The position numbers were made by a program, and so were the translations under genes. Below are positions 1-11,548 of a DNA stretch of 64,000 nt, piece after piece; position 1 is the first letter of the stretch, and the number at the start of each line of letters is the position of its first letter. The notes under the pieces were generated by a model. It ran no database searches. It worked only from the letters and a program-made list of their open reading frames with translations, and was not told the origin of the DNA. The DNA comes from the human T2T-CHM13v2.0 reference genome, Homo sapiens: assembly GCF_009914755.1 (NCBI RefSeq), contig NC_060927.1; one strand, written 5' to 3'.

Positions 1-19
1 CACAAATTCAGTTGTGTAT
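1..19 (-). CDS. SCN5A: SCN5A exon 6B (adult), first 19 nt only (A TAC ACA ACT GAA TTT GTG = YTTEFV); continues beyond window
   Basis: Acceptor cccttgttacag|ATAC at 20/19; 140-nt intron (20-159) separates it from 6A; same phase as 6A. Confidence 0.95.
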
Positions 20-159
20 CTGTAACAAGGGAAATTCACACACGAGACAATGACAACACACCAATAGGAGACACACAGTCAGAGGAGGAAAGGGGGTGGG
101 GAAGACAGAGAGAGAGTCACTTGTAGCTGAGATCTGAGAGGCAAACCTGGGCATCTTAC

Positions 160-251
160 CTGGGATAACTGAAATAGTTTTTAGAGCTCTCAGGACTCTG
201 AAAGTTCGAAGAGCCGACAAATTGCCTAGTTTTATATTTTCTGATACATAC
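160..251 (-). CDS. SCN5A: SCN5A exon 6A (neonatal/fetal mutually exclusive exon, 92 nt; [30 protein letters not shown])
   Basis: Acceptor ctgcag|G at 251; donor CCAG|gtaaga at 160; S4 voltage-sensor R-x-x-R repeat; Lys at the position where the adult exon has Asp (the known D211K difference). Confidence 0.97.
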
Positions 252-1237
252 CTGCAGAATCAAACCACAGTTATTGGGAATTACAAAGCAGAACCACCGC
301 CTGCCCTCCCCGACCAGCCCTCTCCCTTGGCCCCCTTCCACGGGGGTGGGGGCAGTGCTGTGGATAGCCCAGGGCCTCCCTCAGGTTTTCTTCTGGATTT
401 CAACCCTCCTAACATAGGACTTCGGCTTGAGTGCCGTAAGGATGTCCACACAGCAAGCTTCCCGGTGGCTCTCTTGGTGATGGTGCTAAGGATAACTGGT
501 GCTAGAAGGCAACCACTCTGCCACTCTCGCCACACCACTGGGACCCATGACATGAAACCACATGTGGAGTCTGGGGCTGGGGACACATCAGAGTGAAGAG
601 AGAAGCCTGTTTTCCAGGAGGCTCAGGTCAGGTGATACAGGAAGCAAGTGCATTTCTGGTCCTAGTTTTGGTTCACATCTTCTGTGATCTGTTGATCAGC
701 TTGTGCCTGGCTCAGAAGTCCTTGAAGTCATGAGGTGGAGGTGGCCTGAATACTCATTGGAAAAAACAGAGTTCCCAAGACAGAGGCACTGGAAGATGGG
801 AAGAGAGGTTGCCTGAATATCTGTTCTTCCAACTACTCACAGGCAAGGAACAACCCAAGAAGAGAAAAGGGCAGGATGAGGGGCTCCAAGGCAGTGGAGC
901 GCCTTCCCAAGTCCACCGGTCCCACCCCCAGACCCTTGGTATCTTCCAGGGATGGCCCTGGGTCTCCACCGGAGGAGTGGCCTCCAGAAGCAAGATGCCC
1001 TTCCTGGGGTCTGTCCTGCTTGGGTCCGAGTGAGGATCAGCAGGGCAAGTGGCTGTGGGCCCCCTCCTGGAACTTGGGCAGTTGCCCATCTGTGGCCTCC
1101 ACAGGGACAGGAGTAAGAAGGTGGTCTCTGGGGGGCAGGGACCAAGCAGAGCATGAGGACATGCAGTATATGGGCCACATGACCACGAGGACCACAGACA
1201 GTGTGTGACCAAGGCCATCAGGACAGTGGCAAGTGAC

Positions 1238-1392
1238 TTGTGACATTTAATCAAAGGCTTTGCATCCAGGGTGTGTGACATTTAACCGAAGGTGTCTGGT
1301 ATTTAACAAAGGACATTGGACTTGGGATGTCTGATGTTTAACCAAGTGGGTCTGACGTAGGTGTCTGAGTGATGTCAGACAGAGGACGTCAG
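1238..1392. repeat. Degenerate ~21-bp repeat array (consensus ~GGTGTCTGACATTTAACCAAA)
   Basis: Four good copies near 1240, 1271, 1292 and 1326, plus partial gtctga/gacgtca copies. Confidence 0.7.
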
Positions 1393-3289
1393 CCCTGTGG
1401 CTCTGGGTGAGTGCAAGGGTGGGCTGGCACTGTTGCCAGACTCACTCTGCTGGGCGGTCTGGACCTCCAGGCCCTTCCAGTCTGCTCCCAGCTTCCCAAT
1501 TCCCCTTCAGGCTTTGAATATCTACAGGAAAGAACTTGACCAGCTGAGTCAAGGGGCTTAATGCCCTGGGGTCCACAGGTCTGGCTCTAATTGACACTGG
1601 GCTGACACCAGCTTTCTCTATGTCCACTGGAGGAGCCCCTCCATCTTCACATGGCCCTATGCACCATGCTGATCTCTCCTTACTCGCAGAGCCCTACACA
1701 GATGGGACGTCAGCAGACACACTGCCAGAGCTTGCTTTCCTCTGATGACACCAGACCCTTTCTGTGGTGTGGCTTCCATTTCGTCTCCTGTATTCACTTC
1801 AGCATGTACATCTTTCTCCAGCGTGGCAGTCAGATGCAGTCCCATCATCTGCTGGGGAGCAGAGGTCACTGTGCTTGTTCTGGCTCATATACACCTGTTA
1901 ATTTGATCCAAGTTCCCTCTCAACTTCTGAGAGCTATTCCATTCTCCACGACGGCTCAGACTCTCAGGGCTCTGTCCAACATTCTTCTCTCGGTCTCTCT
2001 CCAGACATGGTGCTGCCACAGGACTTTCTGGCTGAGCCTGGGATATTGCTGACCTTGCCATCCCATGGAAACATGGCTTTGGCCTGCTGGAGGCTCTGGG
2101 CCCCTTTTCTGGCTGCTGTTCTACCGGGTGTGGCTAAGGACAGCAGCTCCCCTTGCCTAGGATACTGGTTTCGCGGCTGTCTCTTCTAGTTACAGGGAGT
2201 GAGTGGAATACTGTGCAGGTTAGAGAGGGAACCAACCGTCCTTGCTTCAACAGTCCTTGCTTCCCTCCTGTCCCTTACAGACCCAGTCTGTCCCCTGGTG
2301 TCTCCATTGAAAACTCTGCCTATCTCTAGCTTATATTCTGCCTGTCTTTGCTTGTCCCAGGGTGGAACCTGCCCCCAGCACAGTGTCCCCAGCACAGACA
2401 GTGCTTGGCCTCCATTCATTGTCTGCCTTCTAGGCAGCTGGTGTCCCAAGGTGACAAGGACAGCTTAGTGACAGAATAAGGGAGGACCATATCTGTGCTC
2501 CTGGCAGGCTTGCAAAGCCAGCTGAGTGGCTGGAAATAGGAGTGCAGCTGGTGGCCGTGTGTCTGTCTGGGAGAGCAATCATGAGTTAGAGGAAGTCTTA
2601 AAAGAGGACTTACAGGGTAAGGGTGTGGAATGTCTGGGGCCATGTTGGTGACTTGGTGTGCTACTGCCTCTTTTATTCTACCCAGATCCCCACTGAGGCC
2701 TCTTTTGGGTCCTCTGAGTGTGGCAGGGCTGGAGGAATGCTTGGTATGACTCAGGGCCAGTTGCAGAGGTGGCAAGTGTGGGGTCACGTGAGGGGTCAGA
2801 GCTTTGCCCCTCTCAGGCTGGCAAAACCCTCCTCCAGGCCAGTCTGCTCCTTCAGTGATGGCTAAGCTGCTGGCCAGAGGCAGACAGCTGGACAGCAGAC
2901 AGGGGCAGAAAGAGCAAAGGGTGGTGGGTGAGAATCCTATCCCATCACCAGCCCCACTGCAGGGAAGCCTTCTTCCTGCCCCTCCCTTATCTTGAGATGG
3001 TGAAGCCCACGCCGTTAGTGACTGCAGGAATTGCCACCCTCCTCTCTGCCCTTCCTCCCTTCCCCTCCAGGTTTGGTTTCCATAACAACCCCAGAAGGTG
3101 GGAGGCTATGCTAACTAGCAGGTAATGCCCTTCTGTGAGTGGGGCCACAGGAAGAGCTCTGGCTGAGCCTGGCAGGCTTCCCAGCACCCTGCCCCAGACC
3201 CTCCCACAGCCTCTAAATCAGTGGGGTGGAGGATCACCCCAGCAGAAACATCAGACTCGGGGTGCCTCTCCCATCCATCCCATGGTTAG

Positions 3290-3400
3290 GAGTTGGGAGA
3301 CTTGGTTTTAGTCTCAGCATTGCTTCTGATTCAGTCTATAACTTTGGGCAAGTGCTAGGTTCTCTGTGAGACTCACTTTCTCCATCTGTGTAATGGAGGT
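3290..3400 (+). mobile_element. MIR SINE fragment
   Basis: MIR core-like actttgggcaagt...ctcactttctccatctgtgtaatgg. Confidence 0.7.
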
Positions 3401-4149
3401 CAGATGGAGGATTCCACTGAATGGAATGTTTCCCTTCACTCAAATCTCCTTTGATCATCCTAGAGTCCCTTGTTACTGAACCATTGCATCTCTAAGAGAA
3501 TGCATTTCAAAGCCAGAATCCCTGTCAATCAAAGCTGCCAGGCCAGGCCAGCCAAGGGCCCACAGCTGATGTGCCAATGGGTCACACAGCCCTACGGGAA
3601 GTGGATGTGCCATTTCTGTGAGATGCTTGGAAACGTGGAGAGTGTCTGAGCTTCTGAGGCCGAGTTCTGCCTTGTCAGCCTCGGCCCTGGCACACAGCAA
3701 AGGCAAGCAGGTTTCGGTGAGGAAGGCACACCTGCTTTGTGACTCCCAGTGAAAGAAGCGGTTTGGGAATGAAACCAGGATTCTCCCAGGAGACAGGGCA
3801 GGAGGACTTGTTAAGGGTCTGAGGTCGCTCAGAGCATCTCCCAGAGACACAGCCTGAGCCAAAGCTTGGCCCAGGGCAATGACTTTTCCTGGGATCTGGG
3901 GCTGCCTCTGTGGTGATACTGTCTTGCCCAGGCTCCAGGTTGGGGAGCTAGGAAAGGCTCAGGCAGACGGTGTATCCTCTCCTGCCCGAAGCCACCTTCC
4001 TTCCTGTGACACCCAGCCTCAGGACACTGCTGTGGATTACTGCTTCCCACCCACAGGGCACCCCACGGCCCAGCCTGGCAACCCTACTCCATTCCCAAGT
4101 CAGTGCAACCTCCTCGGCTCTGACATGAAAAGTTCTCCCTCTCTCTGAA

Positions 4150-5460
4150 ACCTCAGATGTGCCTCCCCACTCTGTTCTCAGCTGATGATCAAGCTTCTTA
4201 TTTCACTGAGAAAATAGAAGCAATCAGAAGAGAAATTCCTTTCATTTCATTATCAACTCTTATCAATCTACCTCCATCTCCACCTGAAATTCAGCCTTCC
4301 CCACTCTTCAGGTCGATGCTCCCCCTTGGCACTGCATTCCCACCCTCTTGGGCCAGCTCACGGGCTTTGCTCCTGCAATCCCCTTGCTCATCTACATCAT
4401 CTAGCATTCTCTCTCTACTGGATCATTTTCACCAGCCTGCAAAGACACCCCCCTTCTTTAAAAGCCCTCCCTTGATTGACCCACATTCCGCACTGACCAC
4501 TACACCATTTTCAGTCCCATTTTATAGCAAGCCCCGCAAAATAGATGTCTGTACTTGCCACACCTCCTCTCTTCCCACTCTCTCTTGAACCCTCCTTAAC
4601 CAAGTGCATGTCCTTTTCCTCCACTGGAACCTCTCTTGTCAAGGGCACCAGTGACCTTCCCCCTCTGTCAAATCCAATAGTCCATTCTTAGTCGTCACCT
4701 TCCCCAACCTCCCGGTGGCGGGTTTCCAGCGGAATCACATTCCTTCCCAGACACTGCTCTCTCCTGATTTGCCTCTGCCCTCCAGCCTTCTCTCTTGGCC
4801 TCCAGATGAGATGTTGGGGCATCCCACAGTACATTCAGGCTACAGGCTACACTCATGCCTAGGTGATCTCATCTGGTCTCCTGGCTTTAAATACCATCTG
4901 TATCCCCATAGCTTCTAAATTTATACTTCCACCTTGGAGCTCTTTCTTGAACCCTAGACTGGAATATCCAGTTGCCTACTCAATATCTCACCCTGGGTGC
5001 TTTCAAATGTCATACATCCCAAACTGGACTTTTGATTTTCTTCCTACTTCAGCCAGTGTCGCTCTCTCCAATTTTCCATTTCAACCAATGGGAACACCGT
5101 CCACCTAGCAGCTGCTCAAACCAAAAACCACCTTGGGGGGCCTCCTGTCAGCCCTACCTGCAAAGTATGTCCAGAATCTGACCAGGTGCTCCCCTTCTCC
5201 ACTTGGTCCTTGGTTCCAGTCACTATCTTCTGTCTCCTGGCTTCCAAGATATAGCCTCCTAACTACTCCGTCTGTCTCTACCTTCTCCAGTCTGTGGTCC
5301 ACACCATAGCCAGGGGAGTCTCTACAGAATGTAAAGCGGGTCACAGCTCTGCCTGTTCTTACACCCCGGTGACTCCCATCACACCTGGCTTTTACCACGA
5401 TCTGTCTTCCATCCCACTACTCTGCAACTTCATCTCCCACCACTCTTTCCTTGCTCGCTT
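4150..5460 (+). mobile_element. LINE-2 relic (ORF2 RT region toward 3' end)
   Basis: Peptide ADDQASYFTEKIEAIRRE and downstream ctcttgtcaagggcaccagtgacct, typical of L2 ORF2; pyrimidine-rich L2 3' sequence. Confidence 0.8.
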
Positions 5461-5931
5461 AACTCCACCCAGGCCTAAATCCATACTGGGTTTGGGGCAA
5501 GTAAGTGGTATTGTCTCTCAGAGCCAGTTTTCCCACTTGTAAAATGGAGGGCTAGAGTTGGCTTACAAATAGTGTACCTAGAGACAGAGATTCTGATGCA
5601 TTTTCCCACTACCAGGTTCTCCGTCTATAACCCATTCACCAGGGTATAGTTTCCCTCTTTGTCCTCTCTCCCTGACAGCATGGCTGAGCTCAGGGCTGCT
5701 CATGTCTGGGGTTAAAGCCTGCCTTCAATAGGTAGATTCAGGGATTCCAAGCATCCTAGAAAGTGAGAGCTGAATTGAGCTTCTGATACCACAGCACACA
5801 ACACTATCCTTTCACATGTCGGGAAACTGAGGGTTTGCAAGGACAGGGGGTATGAGCCTCACCAGCTCTGCTCCTTGCTGAGATGCAGTGCTCAGCCCTG
5901 CACACACTAGGTCCTCTGCTTCAGAAAGGCC

Positions 5932-6219
5932 TTTTTCTTTTTTCTTTTTTTTGAGGCAGTCTTGCTCTGTTGCCCAGGCTGGAGTGCAGTGATGTGATCA
6001 CAGCTCACTGCAGCCTTGACTTCATGGGTTCAAGTGATCCTCCCAAGTAGCTGAGACTGCAGGTGTGTGCCACCACACCCAGCTAATTCTTGTGTTTTTC
6101 ATAAACATGGGGTCTTGCTATGTTGCCCAGGCTAGTCTTGAACTCTTGAGCTCAAGCAATCTGCTCACCTTGGCCTCCCAAAGTGTTGGAATTACAGGTG
6201 TGAGCCACCGCACTCAGCC
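5932..6219 (-). mobile_element. AluJ-type SINE
   Basis: Poly-T followed by antisense Alu body with J-type diagnostics (gatcacagctcactgcagccttgac). Confidence 0.93.
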
Positions 6220-7026
6220 TTCAAAATGCCTTTGATGGTTGAGCCTCTGATCACGACTTCTGCAGATGTCCCATCAGAACCCAGCATCTGTTCACTGATA
6301 CTTCCAGGGTGGAGTGCAGCCTCAACACTGACCCCTCAGCAAGGGTTTCTCCTGTAGGCAAAGAGGCAGGGCCTCAGCCTGGGCTGCAGCAGGCCTGGGG
6401 TCACGTTCACTTTCTGGCAGGCTCCCTGTGTGTCCTTGGCATCAGTTTTCTCACCCATAAAATGGGCTAAGCCATCCCCAGGTAGCCTACTTCTCTGGCT
6501 GGTGTGAGGATCCACTGTATTGTGTCAGTGGTCGGGTGCTTTAAAATGTGCCAAACATTGAGTCTCTGGATGGAGCAAGCTGATGTGCTGGTGCGACTGG
6601 TGTGAGTTCCTGGGGATGCTTAGTCACTTCTCCAGGCTCCTTCTCTTGGCTGCAATTTCATTCTTAATCATCTTGGAATCCAGGTCACCATTCGCAGTGG
6701 GCCAGGGGTTGAAATATTGGTTTCTCTTGGTGGAAAGGGCAGAGGATACTAAACCAGAATCTTAACGATGTCCCTGGAGACCAGGGCTGCCGTGGAGCCC
6801 CAGGTGAGCCAGTAGGCCTGACCACCAAGGCCTGCCTGAGCTGTCTCTCCCCACCAGGATGAGCTCAGGGCCTCCACCCTACCTTCCTCCAGCCTGTGTG
6901 CAGAGCTGCATGTGGACTGCAGGGAGGAAGCCAGAAAGAGAGGGGTGGTCTGGGGCCTGGGGTGGTGCACACCCCACCCCAGTGTGGCCTGCAAGGCATA
7001 GCACAGCATAGCAAATGAGATACTTA

Positions 7027-7263
<237 letters not shown>

Positions 7264-8081
7264 TCAAACGGGGCTCTCTGCAATGCCCCCATGGCAGAGC
7301 TGGAGTTGGGGATGGAACTTTGCTCTAAACATCTGGCTAACGAATCCATCGTCCAATTTGTTTATTCCATATTATCGTGTAACTGCCATGTGTCCATCTG
7401 AACTCTCTGTATTCTCTCTCGGTTGTCTTGGTGGAAGAAGACCTCCTCCCAATCTCCTCACCCCAGCCCTGGGGGGCTGTGCATGCAACAGGCATACAGT
7501 GGCCACAGGGTCTGTGCTATAGGACAGTGTACATGGACCCTCACCCCTGTTTGTGGGTCCTCAGCAGCTAGCAATGGGCCCAGTCAATCCTCAACTGCTT
7601 ACAGGGTGGGTGGGTCCAGCTGTCCACCTTGGGCTTGAAGGGGTGTTGATATTATAATGCATGGGGCTGATGGGAGTCGGGGTGCTGTTCTCTCTGCCTA
7701 GGGCAGCCTGAGGAATCCAAAATGCCTGGATGCTGGGACTGAGGCCCCCAGTGCTGGAGCGGGAGAGGACCGCATCCCAGGATTCAGAGCAGCTGCACGT
7801 ACCAGCTGAGAGCACTGCTAGGTTCTGTGTGAACATGGAGAACAACTAGGCAGACTGCTTTGGGAAGAGAGCTGCCCCAACATTCTGTTGGTCTCCTGAA
7901 AACTGCAGCCAAATGCAGTAAGGGCTTATCAAGTCTGCTTAGAACCTCCAGGTAAGGTACTTTTGTTTGGGAAGAAAAGAACCAGAAGCAGTTTCTGGAA
8001 CTGTGCAAATGGTTATAGGAGGCAGGACTTGGGAAAAAAAAGGCAGCAGAGTGTGTTACTGAAGTGGGGATAGCCCTGGGG

Positions 8082-8125
8082 TACCTCCTAGCTGCCTACC
8101 TCCTAGCTGCCTACCTCCTAGCTGC
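8082..8125. repeat. Perfect 15-bp tandem repeat (tacctcctagctgcc) x~3
   Basis: Direct inspection; sits at the start of a MIR-like segment. Confidence 0.95.
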
Positions 8126-8292
8126 ATGGCATCAGGCCAGCTATTTCTCTAATTCTTAGTCTCATCTGTGCAATGGGGAAGGTGGCTGCACCCACCCTAC
8201 TGGGTGGCCATGAGGGTTAAAGGAGATGATGCTTATTGTTCTTATGACAGTGCCTGGCGTGTACAAAATGCTCAATAAATTATTATTATTTC
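8120..8292 (+). mobile_element. MIR SINE
   Basis: ctcatctgtgcaatgggg...acagtgcctggc...tgctcaataaat MIR 3' end. Confidence 0.8.
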
Positions 8293-8584
8293 AGAACTTT
8301 CTCCAATGTCATCATTCCTCTTTAGGCAGGACAGGGAGAAACTTTCTACTTTGCCACTCTGGAGAGCTTCCTCCCTAGAAGGCACAACTCAAATTAATGC
8401 CAGAAGTTGGCAGGACTGGGAAAGGCAAAAGAGGGTAGAAGCTGAGCCAAGGGCTGCCCCACCGCCATGGGTAAGTTCCTGGGCCTGGACACAAGCCCCC
8501 TTCCAGGGCAGCTTCAGGAGCCATGGCATGGAATGGAAAGGAAGGGAGGGGGCCACGTGGAGAAGAGGCCCTGAAGATACTCAC

Positions 8585-8674
8585 TCGACATACTTGGTCC
8601 AGGGTGGAGGGTCGTGCTGGGCCATGAACACGCAGTTGGTGAGGATGGTGCACATGATGAGCATGTTGAAGAGC
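8585..8674 (-). CDS. SCN5A: SCN5A exon 4 (90 nt; [30 protein letters not shown], domain I S1)
   Basis: U12 acceptor ...cacgcac|GCTC; donor GA|gtgagt; frame continuous. Confidence 0.99.
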
Positions 8675-10391
8675 GTGCGTGGGGTCAAGGAAAGCTGAGC
8701 AGCATGGGCCGGCCACGCCACCACCGCTGGGGGGGTCCTGCCCCTGGGGGTCATCACTGCCAGGCCAGTGCTACCAGACAATAAACAGGGTCTCCAAGGA
8801 GACACACTGGGGCTGTGACCAGTCCATGCCAATCCCCCTCCACCCAGGCTGGTCTCTTTCCCTTCCCCGGCACTTGCAGCTGGCCCCCTGGCCTGCTCCA
8901 TGACACCTAATAGGCACCAGAGACTTGAAACCACACTGCTGGTAGGGTCTCGTGTGGAGGGAAGGCAGGAGAGGTGGGCCCCAGACCTCAAAGCCTTTTA
9001 ACTGCAGTCAGGCGAGGGGCCCTGTCCTCAGTCACATAGGAGAGAAATGGGCATTTATAAATTGCTCCTCAGGGGGAGGGCAAGGCCAGAGTGGCAGGGC
9101 TCTGAGTTCCCTCCTCCACTTCTAGGGGAGCAGCCCAGGCCAGGCGTTGTCTAGAAGTTCTCTGCAGAATGCCCTGCTGCCAAACAACTGCACACCTGGC
9201 CAGGGCCTGCTACCCCTGGGGAGGCAGGGGACCACTCCTCTGGCTGCTTCCTGCCTGTGCACCTAGTCTTCAAGCTAGCCCTCTGCTCCACCTGGGAATC
9301 TCCTTCTCACCCTGCAGGAGCCCGTCAGTAGGACCCCACCCAACTCCCTAGCAGCCTGTCCTGCCTTTCTGGTAACACGGTGCTGCCTCTGTGCCCTGCG
9401 GGCTTCGGGCACCCCTCTTTTAGCCCTGGTGGCTCACTGAACGGCAATGTCCATCTGTCTCCCATCACAAGGCAGCGCTTCAAGTACCAGAGCTGTGCTT
9501 CAGGTCTACTTGTGGGCTCTTGGCCTTGAACTGAACTGCCCAGGACTTCTCTGAGCCTGACTCTGGCTACAATTCCTAGCTGCTGCTTCAGGCTAGACAA
9601 AGCTCCAATCGCCCTCCTCCACCTCTGCAAGGCCTGCAGAGGAACAAGGGGGCAGACTCTGGGCCTCCTGTAGGCTGGGGCACCCCTGGAGGCCTGGCCT
9701 AGAGCAGGGACACTGTGCTTCTCTCACAAATCCCTACCCAGCCCCAGAGGAGTGGCTAGGCCTTCCACTCCCTGTGGCTGCCCCCAAGCGCTCAACACCA
9801 TGCCCGGCCTCAGCCCCGTATGCACAGCTGCCAAACTGGTGATTCCCACAGGCCGCCCAGGAGCTGCGGTAATTGAGCTCCAGGGGCTGCCTCTTTCCTC
9901 CCTAGCATAGCTCCACCTCACCTGATGGGAAGGCCAGTGCAGTCCGAGCACAGACCAGGCCTGGCTGCGGTGCCGACTGCCCCTGCTGGGGACAGTGGGG
10001 ATGCCTCTCGGGAATCTAACCAGGTAGATGCCCTCCGTGCTGCTCCTCTTCTAGGGAGTCAGGCAATCAGGAAATCAGCATCTCAAACCAGCCTCCAGTT
10101 TATAATTATTTAGTTTCTCATCTGGGACGAGAGGAAATTAGGCTTTGGGACTCTCCCTTAGTCAAACAAGGACTGAGCCAACAGGACTGCTCGGCTCTGA
10201 TGCCATGGCTCCAGGAAGCCTTGATTTCTCCGTGACCAGAAGGCATCACTTCAGGCCCTGGGGTCCCTCCGTCAGTTTGGTATCTGCCCAGCCCTCTGCC
10301 CGTGTGAGGGTGTCCAGGGCCAGGCTTATATCCCTCTCCAGCTTTCAAGGCAGGATCAGATAATCATCTCAGTATCAGTACCCCTTCTCCC

Positions 10392-10393
<2 letters not shown>

Positions 10394-10443
<50 letters not shown>

Positions 10444-10451
10444 ACACACAC
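10394..10451. repeat. (CA)n microsatellite, (UG)n on the pre-mRNA
   Basis: About 29 units with one TA interruption. Confidence 0.98.
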
Positions 10452-10759
10452 TGCCCACATGCAGGGTATGTGCCAAGGCTTTCCTCACTAGGCAGATGGT
10501 TAACAAGCCCCCCAACCAGTCTTTATTCATCCCCGCGGATCTGCTGCTAAGCATCTACTGGGGAGCCCAGGTGACTCCTAAAATATGCAAGCAATGATGC
10601 TAAGAGTGAATATTCATTGAGCCCTTCCTAGGTAGCAGAATTTGCTCTCCGTGTCCATCAGCGAATTCAGTTTTCCCAACAACCATATGTGATGGGGACT
10701 TTGTTTCCATTTTAGGTGATGAGAAGACTGAGGCACAAAGAGGTTAAGTTGAAGGTCAC

Positions 10760-11548
10760 TGTGGTAGGCAGAATAATGCCCCCACCACCCCCAAGGTGGC
10801 CATGGAGGAATCCCCGGAAACTGTGAATATGCTATTTTGTTTGACAAAATGAGACCGTGCAGATGTGATTAAATTAAGGATCTCCCCTGGCCTCCGCGAG
10901 ACAGGGTCTAGCTCTGTCACTGGGGCTGGAGTGCAATGGTATTACCACAGCTTACCGCAGTCTTGAAATCTTGGGCTCAAGAGATCCTCCTGCCTCAGCC
11001 TCCTGAGTAACTAGGACTACAGGTGCACACTACCATAGCCAGCTAATTTTTAATTTTTTTTTGTAGACACAACGTCTTACCATGTTGCTTAGCTGGTCTT
11101 GAACTCCTGGGCTCAAGCAATCCTCCCACCTCAGCCACCAAAAGTGCTGAGATTACAAGTATCAGCCACTGCTCCTGGCCCTAAATTAAGGATCTTGAGG
11201 TGGGGAGATCATTCTAGATTATCCAGGTAGACTCAGTATAATCACAGGGGTCCTTTTAAGCAAAAGAGAGGCAGAGTGTTGTGACATGAAATTCAACCGG
11301 TCATTCCTGGCTTGATGATGACAGGGAACCACAGACTAAGAATCCAGTGCAGCCTCCAGAAGCTGGAAATGCCTCGGAAACACATTCTCCCCTAGAGCCT
11401 CCAAAAGGTGTGTAGCCCTGCTGACACCCTGAGTTTAGTCCAGCAAGAACCATTTTGGACCTCTGACCTCCAAAGCTGTAAGGTGATAAATCTGCTTTGC
11501 TTTAAGCCACTGCATTGGTGGTAATTTGTTACAGCATTCCTGGGAAAG
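10760..11548 (+). mobile_element. MaLR LTR (MLT1D-like) interrupted by an Alu
   Basis: tgtggtaggcagaataatg start; ttctcccctagagcctcca and ttaagccactg...ggtaatttgttacagca end. Confidence 0.82.
10898..11180 (-). mobile_element. AluJ-type SINE lacking a poly(A) tail, TSD taaattaaggatct
   Basis: TSD at 10870-10883 and 11182-11195. Confidence 0.92.

Noticed and set aside
1238-1392. CRISPR-like repeat-spacer interpretation of the degenerate array
   Set aside because: Human intron, degenerate repeats, irregular or absent spacers, no cas genes.
4157-4588. 143-aa ORF
   Set aside because: Residual LINE-2 ORF2 sequence, not a host gene.
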